Of a DNA stretch of 64,000 nt, positions 61,056 to 64,000 are shown piece by piece; position 1 is the first letter of the stretch, and the number at the start of each line of letters is the position of its first letter. Made by a program: the position numbers and the translations under genes. This DNA is from Rhynchobatus australiae (Eukaryota), in assembly GCA_034780895.1 (NCBI GenBank), contig JAUZTB010000069.1, positions 19,312,582 to 19,376,581 on the forward strand, given 5' to 3'. The notes under the pieces were generated by a model that was not told where the DNA came from, did no database searches, and was given only the letters and a program-made list of their open reading frames with translations.

Positions 61056-63129
61056 GATTATCCTCCCTCCTCAAAATTTGTGGTGAAGGGATAAGGTTTC
61101 TAAGCTTTTATTACTTTGTAACTCAAAACCTCCTGGGTTTGGACCTCTTGATTTTTTTTAATCCCAGGCTACAGGGCAAGGGATTTAGGACTGAGATGAG
61201 GAATTTCTGGTGAACCTGTGGCATTCCGTGGTGGCCAAGATGCTGAATGTGTTTATAAAGGAGACGGAGAAATTTCTAGATGGAAAAGGACACAGCAGGG
61301 ATACATCGTTGAGACAGAGGAGATGCCATGATTGTATTGAATGACAGAACAGGCTGGGAGGGCCAATTTGCCGTCTCCTGTTCCAGCAGAGATGAGCTTT
61401 GCCGGCAAGGCAAACATTTATTGAACACCTTTGAGAAGATGATAAGCTACTTCCTTGAACTGCTAGAGGTCATTTAGGGAAGCTCTCCCCATGGTGCTGT
61501 GAGGTGGGAAGCACAAGGAGAGTGTGCAGACTCCACTATGACAGCGCTGGAGGTCGTGTCTGAGCCCGGGTCACTGGAGCTGAGAGGCAGTGACTGGACC
61601 AGCTGTGCCACTCTGGTGCTTGATCTGAATCCGATTACTTCCGGAATCCCCCTTCTGCTCTGCAGAGCTGAGGTGGTTCTGTTGTTTGTTCCTCTTCTCC
61701 TGACCTTGCTCCAGCTCTCCCCTTATACCTGGCCACTCTAACCTTTCTCCAATTGTGTATAATCTTCCCTCCTCGGTCAGTATCAATCAGCAAGTGTCAG
61801 CACAGTGACCGGCAGTATGAACACCGACCTTAAAGAGGGAGGTACCTGCCTGAACCAGTGGACAGAAACTGGTCTTCTATTTCTAACCTGTGTTGCACCT
61901 CCCCAGATGTACTCAACGGGGACTGTGCACATAATGGAAATGCAGAGGCAGCGATTCATTCAAAAGACAGACAATTGAGGAATGAGATTAAAATATAACC
62001 AGCAGATTTTGATGTCGGGAAAATGCACAAAGTCAGTAAACCTCATCAACAATGAGCATTCATTCTATTTCTCTTCAACCATGACCAGAACTTGTGTCTG
62101 TCTAAAGGTTTCATGCTCCTTGACTGCCATCTGGTGGTAGGTCCTGAAGGACAAGTGCAGACATTTGGCACCAACAAACCTACAACTCCTGAAACAGGTC
62201 ATTGCAGCAACTTATTTCCAAATGTTAACTCACATTGCAGTAACATCACCAACAACCTCAACCCCATGAATCCTCATGTAATCCAAAGTAATTAGGGTGG
62301 AAATGAACCTGGACCCAATTCTAACCCCAGATCAGCCTTGAACCAAGATCTACCCAAAACATTCACTCTAAGTTGTACCTTCCCCAGACCAGGATCTTGA
62401 ACCATATAGACAAGAGATGAAAGTTCAAAGGGAGAGAGGGCAATTACTGGGCTGAGTTGGGGGAGATGAGCTCTCCTGGCTCCACAGAAGGGGCTTCGAT
62501 ATAATCTTAATCTCAGGACAACAGAGACCTTCATCTTTACAGCAAGACTAATGCACAAGGAGAGGGGCTGCTGGTGCCTGCTGCTAAACAAAGATGCTGC
62601 TGGGCAGCTATTGAGCCACACTTACTCACCACACTTACATCTTTAATGCAATCTCCAGTGGTGCTTTCACCAGCCAGGGTTTAATTGAGTATAGGCTGTA
62701 CTGTACCCACTGCCAGTGGCTCACAGTCACAGGCTCTCAGTACTGACTTCAGTGAAGCAGAAGGAACAGTGTAAACCCATCACAGGCCTATTGCAACCAG
62801 TACAGACCCAGAAAATTCAGCTAAAGACTAGCACAGGTCCATTACACCCCGTGCAGGACCATTGCATCTAGCACATACCTAGCACAGGCACATTACAACC
62901 AGTACAGATCTCGTGGAGACACTTTACACGGAGCACAGACCCATCACATACCCAGCATTGATCCATCACAACCAGAACTGTAATCCACCCAGCAATGGGA
63001 CAGCACATCTGGGACAGGCCCTCAATCTCTTCCACTATTCAATCAGATCACAGTTGAAGAGTGGTCAAGCTCCATCCACTCAATAGGAGAGGGCTACTTC
63101 CTGCACCTTGACTTGGGTCTCACTACACT

Positions 63130-63550
63130 TCCAGCCCCTCCAAGCTCTGTAACCTTCACAGGCTCAGAACCCTCCCAGTCTCTGTAACCTCCTTCACCCC
63201 AGACCTCTGCTAGCTCCGATTTCTGTACCGTCCTCAAGCCTCATAACCCCTCTGATCTCTTTAAGTTCCTGCAGTTCCACATACCTCCATCTTTGTTATC
63301 TCCACCAGACCAACCTAGTTGGAGGCTGTACTTCTAGCTGTTCAAGCCCTAAAGTCTGAAGTTCTCTTCTAAACCTCGCTGCCTCTCTCTCCTTTCAGAA
63401 GCTGCTTAAACCCTACATTTTGCTCCAAATTTTTGGATGTCTGGCTTAACATCTTTGCTGGCTTCCCATCAAGGTTTATTAAACAATTGCATCTGTGAAG
63501 TGTCTTGGGACACTTTAAAACATTAAAGCTTCTATTTAATGCAAAATATT
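63130..63550 (+). mobile_element. L2-clade LINE 3' end with short internal repeats
   Basis: ctctgtaacc units, then aagccctaaagtctgaagttctcttctaaacctc...gctgcttaaaccctac...ctgtgaagtgtcttgggacact. Confidence 0.7.
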
Positions 63551-64000
63551 ATCATTTCAGGGACAGCATGAAGCTTGAAATTCCTTAACTACCTTCTCTC
63601 CAATTTCAACTCCTCCCACCGCCAAAATATTGTCACCAAGCTACAAGTTCTTGGAGAAGTTGTCATCTTTTAAAAGTTTAGCACAGGGCTGATGCCCCAT
63701 TGTGGCCGTATTTCTGCTTTGGCTGAGATCAGCGAACTCACCATAAACCAGAGGTGTCTGGGGTATGTGGCTCCATGCCACAATGACAGACCAAAACATT
63801 CATCCTTATACACGCTACACAAACATCACAGAACTCTTTGAACATGGCTCATAATGCTTTAAAACAAAAGTTCGGCTTTTTTTTAAGAATCTGATCAAGC
63901 TTTTCTTTGTATTACAACAAATAACATCAAAACAGCTCTGAATGGAATGGGTACTATGCCATATATCCACTGAGTGGCAGTGTTGTTACACCACATGTGC

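Overview
This is eukaryotic DNA, almost certainly from a shark or ray: it carries HE1/V-SINEs, Deu-domain SINEs, CR1, L2, RTE and Rex1 LINE fragments and Penelope-like elements, and it contains assembly gaps. Decayed retroelements and minisatellites make up much of the window, and I found no intact protein-coding gene. The main hidden feature, invisible in the ORF track, is a roughly 14 kb, 7-exon pseudogene on the minus strand (about 42970 to 29213). It starts in a CpG island with an RFX X-box-like motif. Its splice sites are canonical and phase-compatible across the first five junctions. The spliced translation resembles the Mab-21/cGAS-like nucleotidyltransferase fold, closest to ITPRIP/ITPRIPL and MB21D2/TMEM102, but it contains many premature stops and frameshifts. 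A second CpG island at about 18.1-18.6 kb looks like the promoter and first exon of an unidentified minus-strand gene that continues off the left edge. All protein comparisons were made by eye against remembered family sequences and need database confirmation. Repeat boundaries are approximate.
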